DNA of 55,294 bases from Ferruginibacter sp. (GCA_031424845.1 JANPIF010000117.1:1-55294); one strand, 5' to 3'; positions 41,477 through 50,631 are shown, counted from the first letter of the stretch. Notes: generated by a model from the sequence alone, not told the origin. Made by a program: numbers and translations.

Positions 41477-42550
41477 TTATACCGCAGCTGAATAAAATCC
41501 GATCTGCGGGCGTTCTGTTTTAGTAAATCCATAACCTTCCTCTTTTGCATTAAAAATTTCTGCGAGTGTCATAGGCTTGCTCACAGCATAATCTTTACAG
41601 CCGGTTTGTCTTAATAATGCAGCAGACTTTTCCACCGTTAAAGGTTTAAAATCGTACAAGGCAATGAGCCTTCCCTTTCTTAGCAGTGCTTTGTCAATGT
41701 TCTTTACATCAGTATTAAACGTAGCTATAATTTGTATGCTTAAGCTTTCGCCTAATAAGCCATCAGTTAAGTTTAGCAATGTAGAAATGCCCGAGTTTCC
41801 TGTCACGTCACGAGATCCAAGCAACTCCTCTGCATCCTCAATAACAAAAACGGAATCGGCATTGTCTATCAATAAGCTGGTAACATCCGGTGTGTCCATG
41901 TTTCCTGCGAGCCTGGGGGACATAAAAATTACTTTTTTATTTATAGAGCGTGTTAAGTATCTAATGTATGTTGACTTGCCGGTGCCAGGCACACCATGAA
42001 ATAAATACAAACCGCCTTTGTTTTTTTGCTTTAGTGTACGCACTATTTTTTGATGCACCGGCATCAGATCTTCATTGTAGTGCAATCCAAAATTCAACGC
42101 CGGCTTTTTTATTTTAATTGAGTTCGTAATTAATCCAGCACTGCTGTTTACAACAAGACTTATTTCCTGTGTTTTTCGTTTTCTGTGAACAAATTTTTTG
42201 AACTCGCTTAATATCTCAGTAGCGGCTACTTCCTGTTCGTTTGCATATAGTATGAGTGCTGAAGAATGCAACACGTTTATTAAAATATTTGAATCTAACA
42301 GGTAAAATACATCAACGTACATTAATTTATTTTCTCGCCAATTGTACTGCTGTTTGGAATTTTGTACCACAATTTTATTCTTCCATTCTGTTTCAATCCA
42401 TTTAGTAAGTTTCGATGTTTGTAGACGACCAATAGATTTTATGAGAGGCACTTTTTGAAAATAGCCAAAATACATTCTTGCACAATCAATATATCCTCCA
42501 CCGTCAGTAAAAATATCCATCGTTAAAGCTGCTGCATTTTTTGATTCCAT
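41477..42550 (-). CDS. AAA+ ATPase
   Basis: GVPGTGKS, FVIEDAE, LLNLTDG, IDKALLRKGRL. Confidence 0.9.
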   Translation of the reverse strand: MESKNAAALTMDIFTDGGGYIDCARMYFGYFQKVPLIKSIGRLQTSKLTKWIETEWKNKIVVQNSKQQYNWRENKLMYVDVFYLLDSNILINVLHSSALILYANEQEVAATEILSEFKKFVHRKRKTQEISLVVNSSAGLITNSIKIKKPALNFGLHYNEDLMPVHQKIVRTLKQKNKGGLYLFHGVPGTGKSTYIRYLTRSINKKVIFMSPRLAGNMDTPDVTSLLIDNADSVFVIEDAEELLGSRDVTGNSGISTLLNLTDGLLGESLSIQIIATFNTDVKNIDKALLRKGRLIALYDFKPLTVEKSAALLRQTGCKDYAVSKPMTLAEIFNAKEEGYGFTKTERPQIGFYSAAV

Positions 42551-42572
42551 TGTTTAATTTTTTAGATGAAAT

Positions 42573-42606
42573 CAAAAGTAAAAACCCGGGGCGACAAACT
42601 ATGTCG
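42573..42606 (-). promoter_or_regulatory. Bacteroidota -7 promoter element plus palindromic operator
   Basis: TACTTTTG on - strand (42580-42573) and perfect CGACA-N5-TGTCG at 42592-42606, upstream of the AAA-WYL operon. Confidence 0.65.
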
Positions 42607-42650
42607 TTTTAAATTAGCAGGTAAAAAGTTTCAAAATATGCTTGTCATGA

Positions 42651-43250
42651 CTATTTGGTTATTTCAAATATTGATAAGTTTAAATCTTTAATAAAATTCC
42701 ACATGGTAGTTTCATTTTCTGTGTGAGATACAAGGAGGGTTGCTAGTTCAACAATCTTTTTTGTTGTAAATTTTTTTAAGCGAGCAATATTAATTGGGGG
42801 TGACAAATAAATGATTCTAATAGAAGGTGTCGTCTTAAATTTTAATGAAGTAATAGTGTTATTTAATACCTCATACTTAAGTTTATGCGACTTTTTCTTT
42901 ACCGCAGACATAATTGCTTCAAGATCTTTTAAACACTTTTCCCATTCACAATTAAGATAAATATCTGCCTGTTGCTCTTTAAAAGAAGAATCATCTGTTT
43001 TTAATTCTACAAATATTATTTCATCATTAGTTGTACACAAGTAATCCAGCTTGGTGCTTAAATTACTAGTCTCTTTTTTTATCGGAAATTCTGGGCAGAT
43101 AAACTTTACATCCTTACTTAAGTAACTTGAAAGAATTCTTTCAATGAAATAATTGATAAAGATATCAATGCGTCGCTCCGCATGATAGTTAGGAAATTCT
43201 TTGTTCTTTAGCAATAGCTCAAAAATACCTTCGAGTGGGTCTTGTTTCAT
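42651..43250 (-). CDS. PD-(D/E)XK nuclease-like protein
   Basis: PEFPI...KLDYL...FVELKTD; likely start MKQDP in ATGA overlap with upstream stop. Confidence 0.65.
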   Translation of the reverse strand: MKQDPLEGIFELLLKNKEFPNYHAERRIDIFINYFIERILSSYLSKDVKFICPEFPIKKETSNLSTKLDYLCTTNDEIIFVELKTDDSSFKEQQADIYLNCEWEKCLKDLEAIMSAVKKKSHKLKYEVLNNTITSLKFKTTPSIRIIYLSPPINIARLKKFTTKKIVELATLLVSHTENETTMWNFIKDLNLSIFEITK

Positions 43251-44611
43251 ATTATTTGTTTTATTTTTTCCAATATTTTTACCATACCCCATGTATCCAT
43301 CTCACAATATTTCAGCAAATTTTTTCTGGTATTTTCTATAACTGCAGGGTCTGTTTCGTGCTGTAGGTTGTAAAAAGCTGAGCTCGCATCTGTACCATTG
43401 CCTATCTCCAGGTTGTCATAACTAAGCTCAGGCACAAGCGCAGGCAATACAGTTTTAATGGAATAACGCCCAAGCATCTCAGGAGTGTAATATTCTTTTC
43501 TTCTGAAGGGAACCATCAGGTCAATGATCCTGGCTTGAATAGCTTCTATTTGTTTGCTAAAGGCAGGATGTTCATTTTTTAATTCTCTTAATCTTGTATT
43601 TTCAAATGCCTGATTATACACAATCACACTTCCCTCATTACCTAGGTCATCTATTAATTGTGTAAGAAGTACCTCCATGGGTGTACCCACATGTTTAGCC
43701 AGGTATTCGCAATGCGTTATTGCAGCACCTTCCTTTTCTTGTATGTGTAAAGAATATTGAAATACAATCTGCCTGTAACTCCAATGCCCATCGTAAAGCG
43801 GCACTGCGGTCACATAGGTTTCAAAATCCAAAAAGTATAAGGGGTAAGCAAGCAAATCCACAAAAGCGCTCAAAGCATGCTTGTTTATTTGAGCTTTACC
43901 ATAGTCGGGCTCCTCATACACAACATCTGTATGGCAATGACCAAAAAAATCACAGGTATACGGCGTATTGCAATGTGCACCTACAGATACATTAGGCACC
44001 TGTTTCAGTGTAAGAACCTCTTTCAGCTCAGCTACTTTTATTTTTATATCCGGTTGAAGGGCCACTATCGTTGGGCTTATAGAAGGCTTATGAAAAAGAC
44101 ACTCAATATCCAGTTCACCATAACGAACATATGAAGTGTTTAAAAGTATCAGGCAGAAATCTGCGAGCAAAAGCCCCGAGTTGGTTATCACATAATATTG
44201 CAGTGCTGCATCCTGTTCATAAACTTGTTTTACCTGCGTGCTTGATTTTACTTCATACGCATGCCAGCCATTCTCTTGCTTCACCAAAATATCCACAGCA
44301 CACATTATACCTTCAAACTGAAAAGCGGCTTCATAGATGATGGTATGTCCATCTTCAATATACTTTGCTGTATTAAAAACTGCCTGTTGGTATTCAAAAG
44401 TACTTGGCGGTGTCGCATCTATTCCTCCCGGAAAAAGTTGCTGTGCAAGTTTCCCTACATCTGTACCCTGTTGAAATATGCTAGTGGTTGCTGCATCCTG
44501 CTCATCCCTAACCTGTGGCATAAACTTATGAAGCCAAAGCCTTTTCGGGCATTGGCAGCCATACATAAAAGTACTTTTAGAAAGCAGGTGTTTTGGTGGA
44601 AGTGTATTCAT
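43247..44611 (-). CDS. DUF2779 protein (Cas4-like PD-(D/E)XK N-terminus plus RNase H-like domain)
   Basis: CQCPKRLW, VDIL..EVKS, C..PY.C.F..HC, FLDFET, FQYSLH, YSIK.VLP, YCEMDT. Confidence 0.85.
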   Translation of the reverse strand: MNTLPPKHLLSKSTFMYGCQCPKRLWLHKFMPQVRDEQDAATTSIFQQGTDVGKLAQQLFPGGIDATPPSTFEYQQAVFNTAKYIEDGHTIIYEAAFQFEGIMCAVDILVKQENGWHAYEVKSSTQVKQVYEQDAALQYYVITNSGLLLADFCLILLNTSYVRYGELDIECLFHKPSISPTIVALQPDIKIKVAELKEVLTLKQVPNVSVGAHCNTPYTCDFFGHCHTDVVYEEPDYGKAQINKHALSAFVDLLAYPLYFLDFETYVTAVPLYDGHWSYRQIVFQYSLHIQEKEGAAITHCEYLAKHVGTPMEVLLTQLIDDLGNEGSVIVYNQAFENTRLRELKNEHPAFSKQIEAIQARIIDLMVPFRRKEYYTPEMLGRYSIKTVLPALVPELSYDNLEIGNGTDASSAFYNLQHETDPAVIENTRKNLLKYCEMDTWGMVKILEKIKQII

Positions 44612-44676
44612 TTTCTTGTACCTAAGATATAATTACTGATAAACGTAAGTGTGAAATAATAAATAAACTCATTAAC

Positions 44677-44743
44677 CCCTTCCCCCTCAATCTTCCCCCT
44701 CGTCATTCCCTACTAGTCACTAGCCACTCCCCACTAGCCACTC
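44677..44743. repeat. Short C-rich tandem repeats
   Basis: cttccccctc x2 and (c/t)actag(c/t)cact x3 in the intergenic region. Confidence 0.5.
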
Positions 44744-44756
44744 TGCCGGTTTCCTT

Positions 44757-45428
44757 TCAGTCAAATATTTCAACAAAAACACCTTTGTGATCGCTTAGTC
44801 TTGTTGCTTTGTTTTCCGTGGCGTTCCAAAATCCTGTCATTACTTTTTTATCTGCAATGAATTCTTTTGTTAATACAATGTGGTCTATGTTTTTAGTAAT
44901 CTGATCAGTCATAAGCCGCATTCGTAGTTCTTCAAATGAACTGATAAGCTTTTTCCGACCATCTATTGTAAAATAAATATCGTCTGAGAATGAAATATTT
45001 AAGTCTCCTGCAATGCAAAAATTTTGAGTAGTTCCAATTCTTTTAAAGTCAGCCAATTGTTTTTCAAGGTCAAGTTTAAACTGGTCTCCACCATTACCGA
45101 AATTTCCAATTATGGTTCCGTAAACGATTAACTCTCCGTAGGGTGTATCAAATCCCAAACATAAACTTGTATCCGCTCTAAATGTTGGTATGTGTTTAAT
45201 AATGGGATACTTTGAAAAAATACTTACTTGCCGGTCACCTGTTTTATAGAATTCGCCTGAAAATATTTCAGTGTGAAATACTTCATACTCGGGTCCTAAA
45301 TCAATAAATTCGTTGGTCTCCGTTAAAATTAAAATGTCTGCATGTAGCTTTTTTAAATAGGCTACAATGGCAGGACTTTTTTTACCATTTGGAGTGGGTC
45401 GTTCAATATTCCAAGTCGCTATTTTCAT
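44757..45428 (-). CDS. Endonuclease/exonuclease/phosphatase (EEP) family protein
   Basis: ATWNI, LTET, GDLN, IDHI, SDH. Confidence 0.9.
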   Translation of the reverse strand: MKIATWNIERPTPNGKKSPAIVAYLKKLHADILILTETNEFIDLGPEYEVFHTEIFSGEFYKTGDRQVSIFSKYPIIKHIPTFRADTSLCLGFDTPYGELIVYGTIIGNFGNGGDQFKLDLEKQLADFKRIGTTQNFCIAGDLNISFSDDIYFTIDGRKKLISSFEELRMRLMTDQITKNIDHIVLTKEFIADKKVMTGFWNATENKATRLSDHKGVFVEIFD

Positions 45429-45513
45429 TTTTGAATGTAGAATGGTTTTACTTTGACGAAGGGAACAAGGCTTGACGTTTGTTACATCATTTATATACTT
45501 TCTTTCTTATAAT

Positions 45514-45951
45514 TTATAACTCCTTATTCCATTTAGGAAGTCGTCCGTAAATGTTAATATAGTTTTGTAATAATTTATTTTCTAAAACCCTTGGACAATC
45601 AGAATATTTTTCGTTGTGTGTCGCATACCAATATATGTCTAATGCCTCAATGCCTTCCTTTTGCATTTGATTTATCCATGATATTCGTCTTGGGATTTTT
45701 CCAAACTGATGGCCATTTACAATTCTGTCCTTTATACCGCCAAGTCCAGCCTTACGAATGAACATTGCACTGTCTGAACCTAATTTTCCTGAACGGCCAA
45801 TATAAATAAGTTCAATTTTCCCGTTATTTAAAGCGTAAACTATGTAGATCCCACTTTTATCAGTCGGTGCGTTACAAACCTCTTTTAATTGGTCCTGGTA
45901 TTTGAAAAAGAAATGGCCTTGTTGTTCGTATTTTTTTAGATCGTCAAACAT
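45514..45951 (-). CDS. GIY-YIG nuclease-like protein
   Basis: SGIYIVY...LIYIGRSG...DRI...LE..LL....G.LP.WN. Confidence 0.75.
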   Translation of the reverse strand: MFDDLKKYEQQGHFFFKYQDQLKEVCNAPTDKSGIYIVYALNNGKIELIYIGRSGKLGSDSAMFIRKAGLGGIKDRIVNGHQFGKIPRRISWINQMQKEGIEALDIYWYATHNEKYSDCPRVLENKLLQNYINIYGRLPKWNKEL

Positions 45952-46029
45952 TGTTGGTTGTAATTTTGAGCCAGTTTATTTTAGTGTTTCTAATTTTATA
46001 AAGTTTAATCCCTTCCATTCTTACTCTTC

Positions 46030-46320
46030 TCATTCCGCCGCTTCCTCTTCAAATTCTATGTTATTAATATTTTGGATGCTCAAAAATGTTTCATCCACCA
46101 CCTTCATCAATTTTACCAGTAGCTGGATATTCGTATCAGTACAGTTTTCAAAAATGGCAAAATCAAATTTGTGTACTTCTCCAACAGGCACAGCATCATT
46201 AAAATCTTTCAGCTCCCCTTGCATAGCAATACCAATAACATTCAGGTATAAATCTCGGTTTACACCCATCAGCGTTTGTAGCGCTGCTTGCAAGTTGTCT
46301 CTGTAATGTTCTGTCTGCAT
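46030..46320 (-). CDS. Hypothetical acidic protein
   Basis: 96-aa ORF starting 4 bp after upstream stop. Confidence 0.65.
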   Translation of the reverse strand: MQTEHYRDNLQAALQTLMGVNRDLYLNVIGIAMQGELKDFNDAVPVGEVHKFDFAIFENCTDTNIQLLVKLMKVVDETFLSIQNINNIEFEEEAAE

Positions 46321-46324
46321 ATTG

Positions 46325-47164
46325 TTATTTGGTAATGTTCCAGCTAATACAATTCAACACACCTCCATCATTTGCAATCTCATTGCAGTCAATAGTTTTA
46401 ATAGTTTGCCCTGCAAATATTTCTTGCAGTTTGCTCACAGCAGCATCATCAGCATTTTTATTAAATGTGGGTACAATTATAAAGTTTTGCATCTGCAAAT
46501 AATTAATATAATCGCCGTTTGCCTGCGTGTTCGTTTTGTTATCTTCCACAGAATAAGGAAGTATTTCATAATCCAATCCGGTATTGTGTATAGCAATTTC
46601 AAAAGCTCTTTTAAACCATTCTTTTTTTTCATTGCTGTAATTGTTTATTACAACGGTATCCTCATTAATAAACCGCACCATGCCATCTGAGTGCTCTGTA
46701 AAATCTCCGGGTTGTTCAGGTACAAAATATAGTTTATCAATTTGCAAAAGCTCGTGCAGTTTTTTTATTAATTGCTTGCGATCGTAGTGTGGGTTCTCTC
46801 CAAAAATGCGGTCCGTCATTATTGCTTTGTGTGCAGACCTTACAACATTACCACCATCCAAAACAATATCAGTTTTCAAGGTTGATAAACCCATTGTTGC
46901 ACAAATTTTGTCAACATCAGAAATGGTGGGTAACCACTTTTTAAATTGTAGATAAGAAGGGTTGTATGTAAACTGCACAAATTTATTTCCAGCAGTTTGT
47001 ATGGGCATATAATCCACCGCCCACACATCTTTGGTATCTGGTATCAAATCAAAATTGATCTTACATCCATTCAGCAGTTTTTCAAAACTTGTAAAAAATG
47101 TCGGGTACTTTTTTGGCAAGCAGTGTGCCAGATAAAGAAAATTAGTTAGGCTATCTGGTATCAT
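46325..47164 (-). CDS. Agmatine/peptidylarginine deiminase-family (pentein) enzyme
   Basis: WAVDY, LDGGN, HSDG, YINY, GGVLNCISW (catalytic Asp/His/Asp/Cys). Confidence 0.88.
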   Translation of the reverse strand: MIPDSLTNFLYLAHCLPKKYPTFFTSFEKLLNGCKINFDLIPDTKDVWAVDYMPIQTAGNKFVQFTYNPSYLQFKKWLPTISDVDKICATMGLSTLKTDIVLDGGNVVRSAHKAIMTDRIFGENPHYDRKQLIKKLHELLQIDKLYFVPEQPGDFTEHSDGMVRFINEDTVVINNYSNEKKEWFKRAFEIAIHNTGLDYEILPYSVEDNKTNTQANGDYINYLQMQNFIIVPTFNKNADDAAVSKLQEIFAGQTIKTIDCNEIANDGGVLNCISWNITK

Positions 47165-47916
47165 ATTCCTGGCTTTACTTCTGTTATTGTATTTGCATTT
47201 AAGTCGTGGTTATAATAGCAGTAGGCAGCCTTGTAATACTTATTGGCTATTTCCTCATTTTTAAAAGTAAGTCCATAGCGTTGAGTCTTATAAATCGCCT
47301 TCGAAAAATTAGGGTTGCCTACTTTTAGGTGCAGAAGCTGCTCTTTATCAAATGCCAACTGTCCGGTACCAAGAGCAATATTTTTTACGTTTTCTCGTCC
47401 AATATTATCAAAAAGTTCTCTTGCAACTTTGTTGATCCCGACAATTAAGTCTTTTGTTTCTACATTCTCAATTTTACGAATTAAGATCCCTCCGTAAATT
47501 CCTTTCTCTTTATTTCCGAATGTGATATCCAAACCATTTCTATTACTTTTTAGGAACGGCTCAATGTCTGTAAAACGATGAAAATACCATTCACCAAATT
47601 CTAATTGCCTTTTGTTTTTATGGGCATAAGTATCCGGATGTAAATCTTTGTCAAACAAATAAATCTCTATCTCTCGCAGGTTAAAGTTATTGTTAGGAGT
47701 TACAATAACAGTTTGTCTGAGTAAAGTACTGGCAAGCTCATCAAACATTTTGGAGACGTTGTCTTTAATATATTGCTTGGTTATAAGGTCACTCAGTCCT
47801 TTTACAAGGTCATGGGTGGTATACCCATGATGATTATTTAGCTCTATTATTTTATCCATTGGTTGTATTATTTTTAATCCTTTTACATCGTCATCGTCAT
47901 AAAGAAATCTACTCAT
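47161..47916 (-). CDS. Methylpurine-DNA-glycosylase (MPG)-like protein
   Basis: REIEIY...DTYAH...WYFH...GLDITFG...GGILIR mirrors the MPG pattern ETEAY..D.A.H..Y.Y..N...A.LIR. Confidence 0.5.
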   Translation of the reverse strand: MSRFLYDDDDVKGLKIIQPMDKIIELNNHHGYTTHDLVKGLSDLITKQYIKDNVSKMFDELASTLLRQTVIVTPNNNFNLREIEIYLFDKDLHPDTYAHKNKRQLEFGEWYFHRFTDIEPFLKSNRNGLDITFGNKEKGIYGGILIRKIENVETKDLIVGINKVARELFDNIGRENVKNIALGTGQLAFDKEQLLHLKVGNPNFSKAIYKTQRYGLTFKNEEIANKYYKAAYCYYNHDLNANTITEVKPGI

Positions 47917-48257
47917 GTACTATGTTTTTAAGCTATGTCTTTAAAAAGTATGGTGGTATGACACACTGTCCAAAGCGCCCTCAATTATTCCGCAATCATT
48001 CCTTAAACTTTTGCTTCCTAAACGTGAATTATCTTTTCCTGCATCAATACCTCCCCAATCAATCCTCAATATTATTCGCACTTTACAATCTTGCTCAATA
48101 TAGATAAACTAAAGATTTCTTTAAACCGATTATTTTTTAGAAAGCATTAAAGTTAAACGGAAAAGTCACTCCCAAAAAGACTTTGTTTGAGACTATCAGT
48201 CCAAAAGAAACCCAAACGTTCCCAAACGGGAAAGTGACCTTTTAGGCGATCATATGT

Positions 48258-48515
48258 TTGCATAAATTAAAATTTATGAAAATAATTAAGGTAAAGGAAT
48301 TCGAAGTGCCTATTGGCATTATTGCGGATATGGCAGACTCCAACGATCTTACTAACAAAATTAAAGGGACAGATGAGGAAGATGGCTTTGTATTCCTGGA
48401 AGTAAATTTTGACAGAGATGGTGAAGATCATACAGCTGCATTTGACTTTGAAAATGGTATCAAAGATTATTATGAGGACGAAGAAAATGAAGAAGAGGAG
48501 AACGAGGATGAATAA
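48258..48515 (+). CDS. Small acidic hypothetical protein
   Basis: Asp/Glu-rich C-terminus; start probably the internal MKIIKV. Confidence 0.6.
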   Translation: MHKLKFMKIIKVKEFEVPIGIIADMADSNDLTNKIKGTDEEDGFVFLEVNFDRDGEDHTAAFDFENGIKDYYEDEENEEEENEDE

Positions 48516-48586
48516 CAGGTAGGAATAACCCTACTTATTTTATTTAATATATTGATAATCAATATTTTGTAACTTAGAAACATCAA

Positions 48587-48868
48587 ATGAAAGCAAAAAT
48601 AATTGCCTTGAATAAGAACCATGAGGACAGTGGTAAAATGGATCTTGAAACCTGTAAACGACTTATAAATATTAACGGCAATAAATATACAGACGAAGAA
48701 ATACTAAAGATCAGAGATTTCCTATATCAATTGGCAGAGATTGAATGCAGGTATTTTAAACAATGGCAGACTGAACAACATGAAAATGTAAAACCAATAA
48801 ATGCAATTAACGATGAAAGAAAAGAAAGCGTTCCTCTATATCCGAGTGAGTACAGACGAACAGGCTGA
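48587..48868 (+). CDS. Small hypothetical protein overlapping the recombinase start
   Basis: KYTDEEILKIRDFLYQLAEI helix; position immediately upstream of integrase. Confidence 0.65.
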   Translation: MKAKIIALNKNHEDSGKMDLETCKRLININGNKYTDEEILKIRDFLYQLAEIECRYFKQWQTEQHENVKPINAINDERKESVPLYPSEYRRTG

Positions 48869-50390
48869 TAAAGGATACTCCTTAAGGCATCAGGAAGAAA
48901 GATTAAGAAGCTATTGTCAGTTTCAGAATATTGAAGTTCTTGGTCTTTTTAAAGATGACCATTCAGCAAAAACATTTAGGCGTCCTGCATTTCAAGAACT
49001 TCTAGTAAAGCTGAAGAAAAATAAAATGACAGCTAACCTCCTCCTGTTCACCAAATGGGTTAGGTTTAGCAGAAATGCAGCAGATGCCTACGGAATGATC
49101 AGTACACTAAATAATTTTGGATTAGAGCCTCAGGCCATTGAACAACCATTGGACTTGAACATACCGGAAAATAAAATAATGCTTGCGTTTTATCTTGCCG
49201 CTCCGGAAGTAGAAAACGACAGGAGAGCTTTGAATGTATTAGTTGGTATGCGCAGGGCAAAGAAAGAAGGGCGGTGGGTTGCGACTGCACCAAAGGGTTA
49301 CAAGAATGTAAGGATTGACAACAAACCAACCATTGTTCCTGACGATAATGCAATTCATGTAAAATGGGTGTTCAACGAGATCAAAAAAGGCATATTGGCG
49401 CCTGATCAGATACGAAAGGAAGCGAATAAAAGAGGTTTTGCAGTTAGCAGAAGCTATTTCTGGACAATGATTCGCAATCCACTGTATTGTGGCAAACTGC
49501 TTATTCGTGCTTACAAGGATGAAGAAGCGCATGAAGTAAGAAGCGTTCACGAAACATTGATAACGGAAGATTTATTTTATGACGTGCAGGATATCATTAA
49601 CGGTAAAAAGAGATCAACCGTTGTTAGCTTGAAGCAAAAGGATGAATTGCCGTTACGGGGATTTCTCACATGCGCCCAATGCGGCGGAAAATTAACTGGT
49701 AGTGCTTCTAAAGGAAAATATCAACGCTATTTCTATTATCACTGTCAGCCGGGTTGTAAAGAAAGATTTCGTGCAGATGAAGCCAACGAAAAAGTAATTG
49801 TAGAACTGCAAAGAATTTCTTCTAAAAAAGAGATTTTAAACTTTTACCGTATCCTAATAGAAAAGCAACTAAAGAAGACAAATAAGGAAACATCAGATGG
49901 TAATCATCATTTACGTACTGAAATCGGAAAAAACCGTGAGCGGATAGAAAATGCTCAAAAGCTTATGTTAGACGGTCAATTGGATATGGCTGAATACCGA
50001 TCTATAAAAAGCAAGTACGAAGCAAAGACCACGGAAATAGAATCGGAAATGAGCAATGCAATCTCTAAACCTTCGGATTACATTCGTTATTTAGATTTTG
50101 GCTTCTCTTATTTGCAGAACTTAGACCGGGCGTATGTTTCAGGCAACACAGCCCTTAAAAATCAAATACTGTGTTCGATATTTTCTGAAAAGTTAGTTTT
50201 TGAGAAAAACAATTATCGAACTCCCGTTTACCAAGAGGCCCTTTCGCTGATACTAAATGTGGATATGGAATACACCGAAGTTAAAAAAGGACAAATTTCC
50301 AATAGTGGGAATTTGTCCTCTCTGGTGGCGGGAACAGTCCTAAACTCGAACCAATTATTGAAGGATTTAAAGGAAATAGGAGACTTTTAA
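48801..50390 (+). CDS. Large serine recombinase (integrase)
   Basis: YIRVSTDEQ catalytic Ser, RFSRN, recombinase domain RNPLYCG, Zn ribbon CAQCG...YYHC...C, coiled coil; start may be ATG 48813. Confidence 0.92.
   Translation: MQLTMKEKKAFLYIRVSTDEQADKGYSLRHQEERLRSYCQFQNIEVLGLFKDDHSAKTFRRPAFQELLVKLKKNKMTANLLLFTKWVRFSRNAADAYGMISTLNNFGLEPQAIEQPLDLNIPENKIMLAFYLAAPEVENDRRALNVLVGMRRAKKEGRWVATAPKGYKNVRIDNKPTIVPDDNAIHVKWVFNEIKKGILAPDQIRKEANKRGFAVSRSYFWTMIRNPLYCGKLLIRAYKDEEAHEVRSVHETLITEDLFYDVQDIINGKKRSTVVSLKQKDELPLRGFLTCAQCGGKLTGSASKGKYQRYFYYHCQPGCKERFRADEANEKVIVELQRISSKKEILNFYRILIEKQLKKTNKETSDGNHHLRTEIGKNRERIENAQKLMLDGQLDMAEYRSIKSKYEAKTTEIESEMSNAISKPSDYIRYLDFGFSYLQNLDRAYVSGNTALKNQILCSIFSEKLVFEKNNYRTPVYQEALSLILNVDMEYTEVKKGQISNSGNLSSLVAGTVLNSNQLLKDLKEIGDF
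50283..50352 (-). other. Putative right attachment junction inside the recombinase 3' end (tRNA 3'-end-like sequence plus hairpin)
   Basis: - strand ggttcgagtttaggactgttcccgccacca (T-loop motif, acceptor end, CCA, about 5 extra nt) followed by a 13-bp hairpin and U-run. Confidence 0.6.
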
Positions 50391-50631
50391 AGAATTAATT
50401 ATCCTAAAGTAGAAAATAAATGTTCGAGAAGTTTTGAAAGAGTTTCAGCTAAAAAATATTTATTTTTTTTAAAAGTATAAATTTTATAGTGAATCTAATA
50501 AAATATACCTTATTCAATAAGAAAAAAAGTTTAAAAAACAACCCGTTAAACAACCCTAAAAAAAAGGGTTATTTTACGGTGCAAATCGAGTAGAAATCCC
50601 CGATGGAATAAAAATATTTTATGTTTCTTCA

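Larger units (their letters stand above)
8288..50352. mobile_element. Integrated defence island of about 42 kb with a large serine recombinase
   Basis: Recombinase at right end, att-like junctions at both ends, visibly AT-richer co-oriented cargo dominated by nucleases, helicases and a methyltransferase; boundaries inferred. Confidence 0.7.

Noticed and set aside
43247-44745. CRISPR-Cas (Cas4-like cysteines and nearby short repeats)
   Set aside because: The protein is DUF2779-type; the repeats are about 10 bp without spacers; no cas1/cas2 or array seen
8291-50335. 8-bp inverted match tcccgcca / tggcggga between the island ends as invertible-element repeats
   Set aside because: Too short, and explainable by tRNA acceptor-stem-like sequence
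50323-50352. Intact tRNA gene (also considered at 8288)
   Set aside because: Only T-loop and acceptor-like 3' fragments with wrong spacing; no D or anticodon arm
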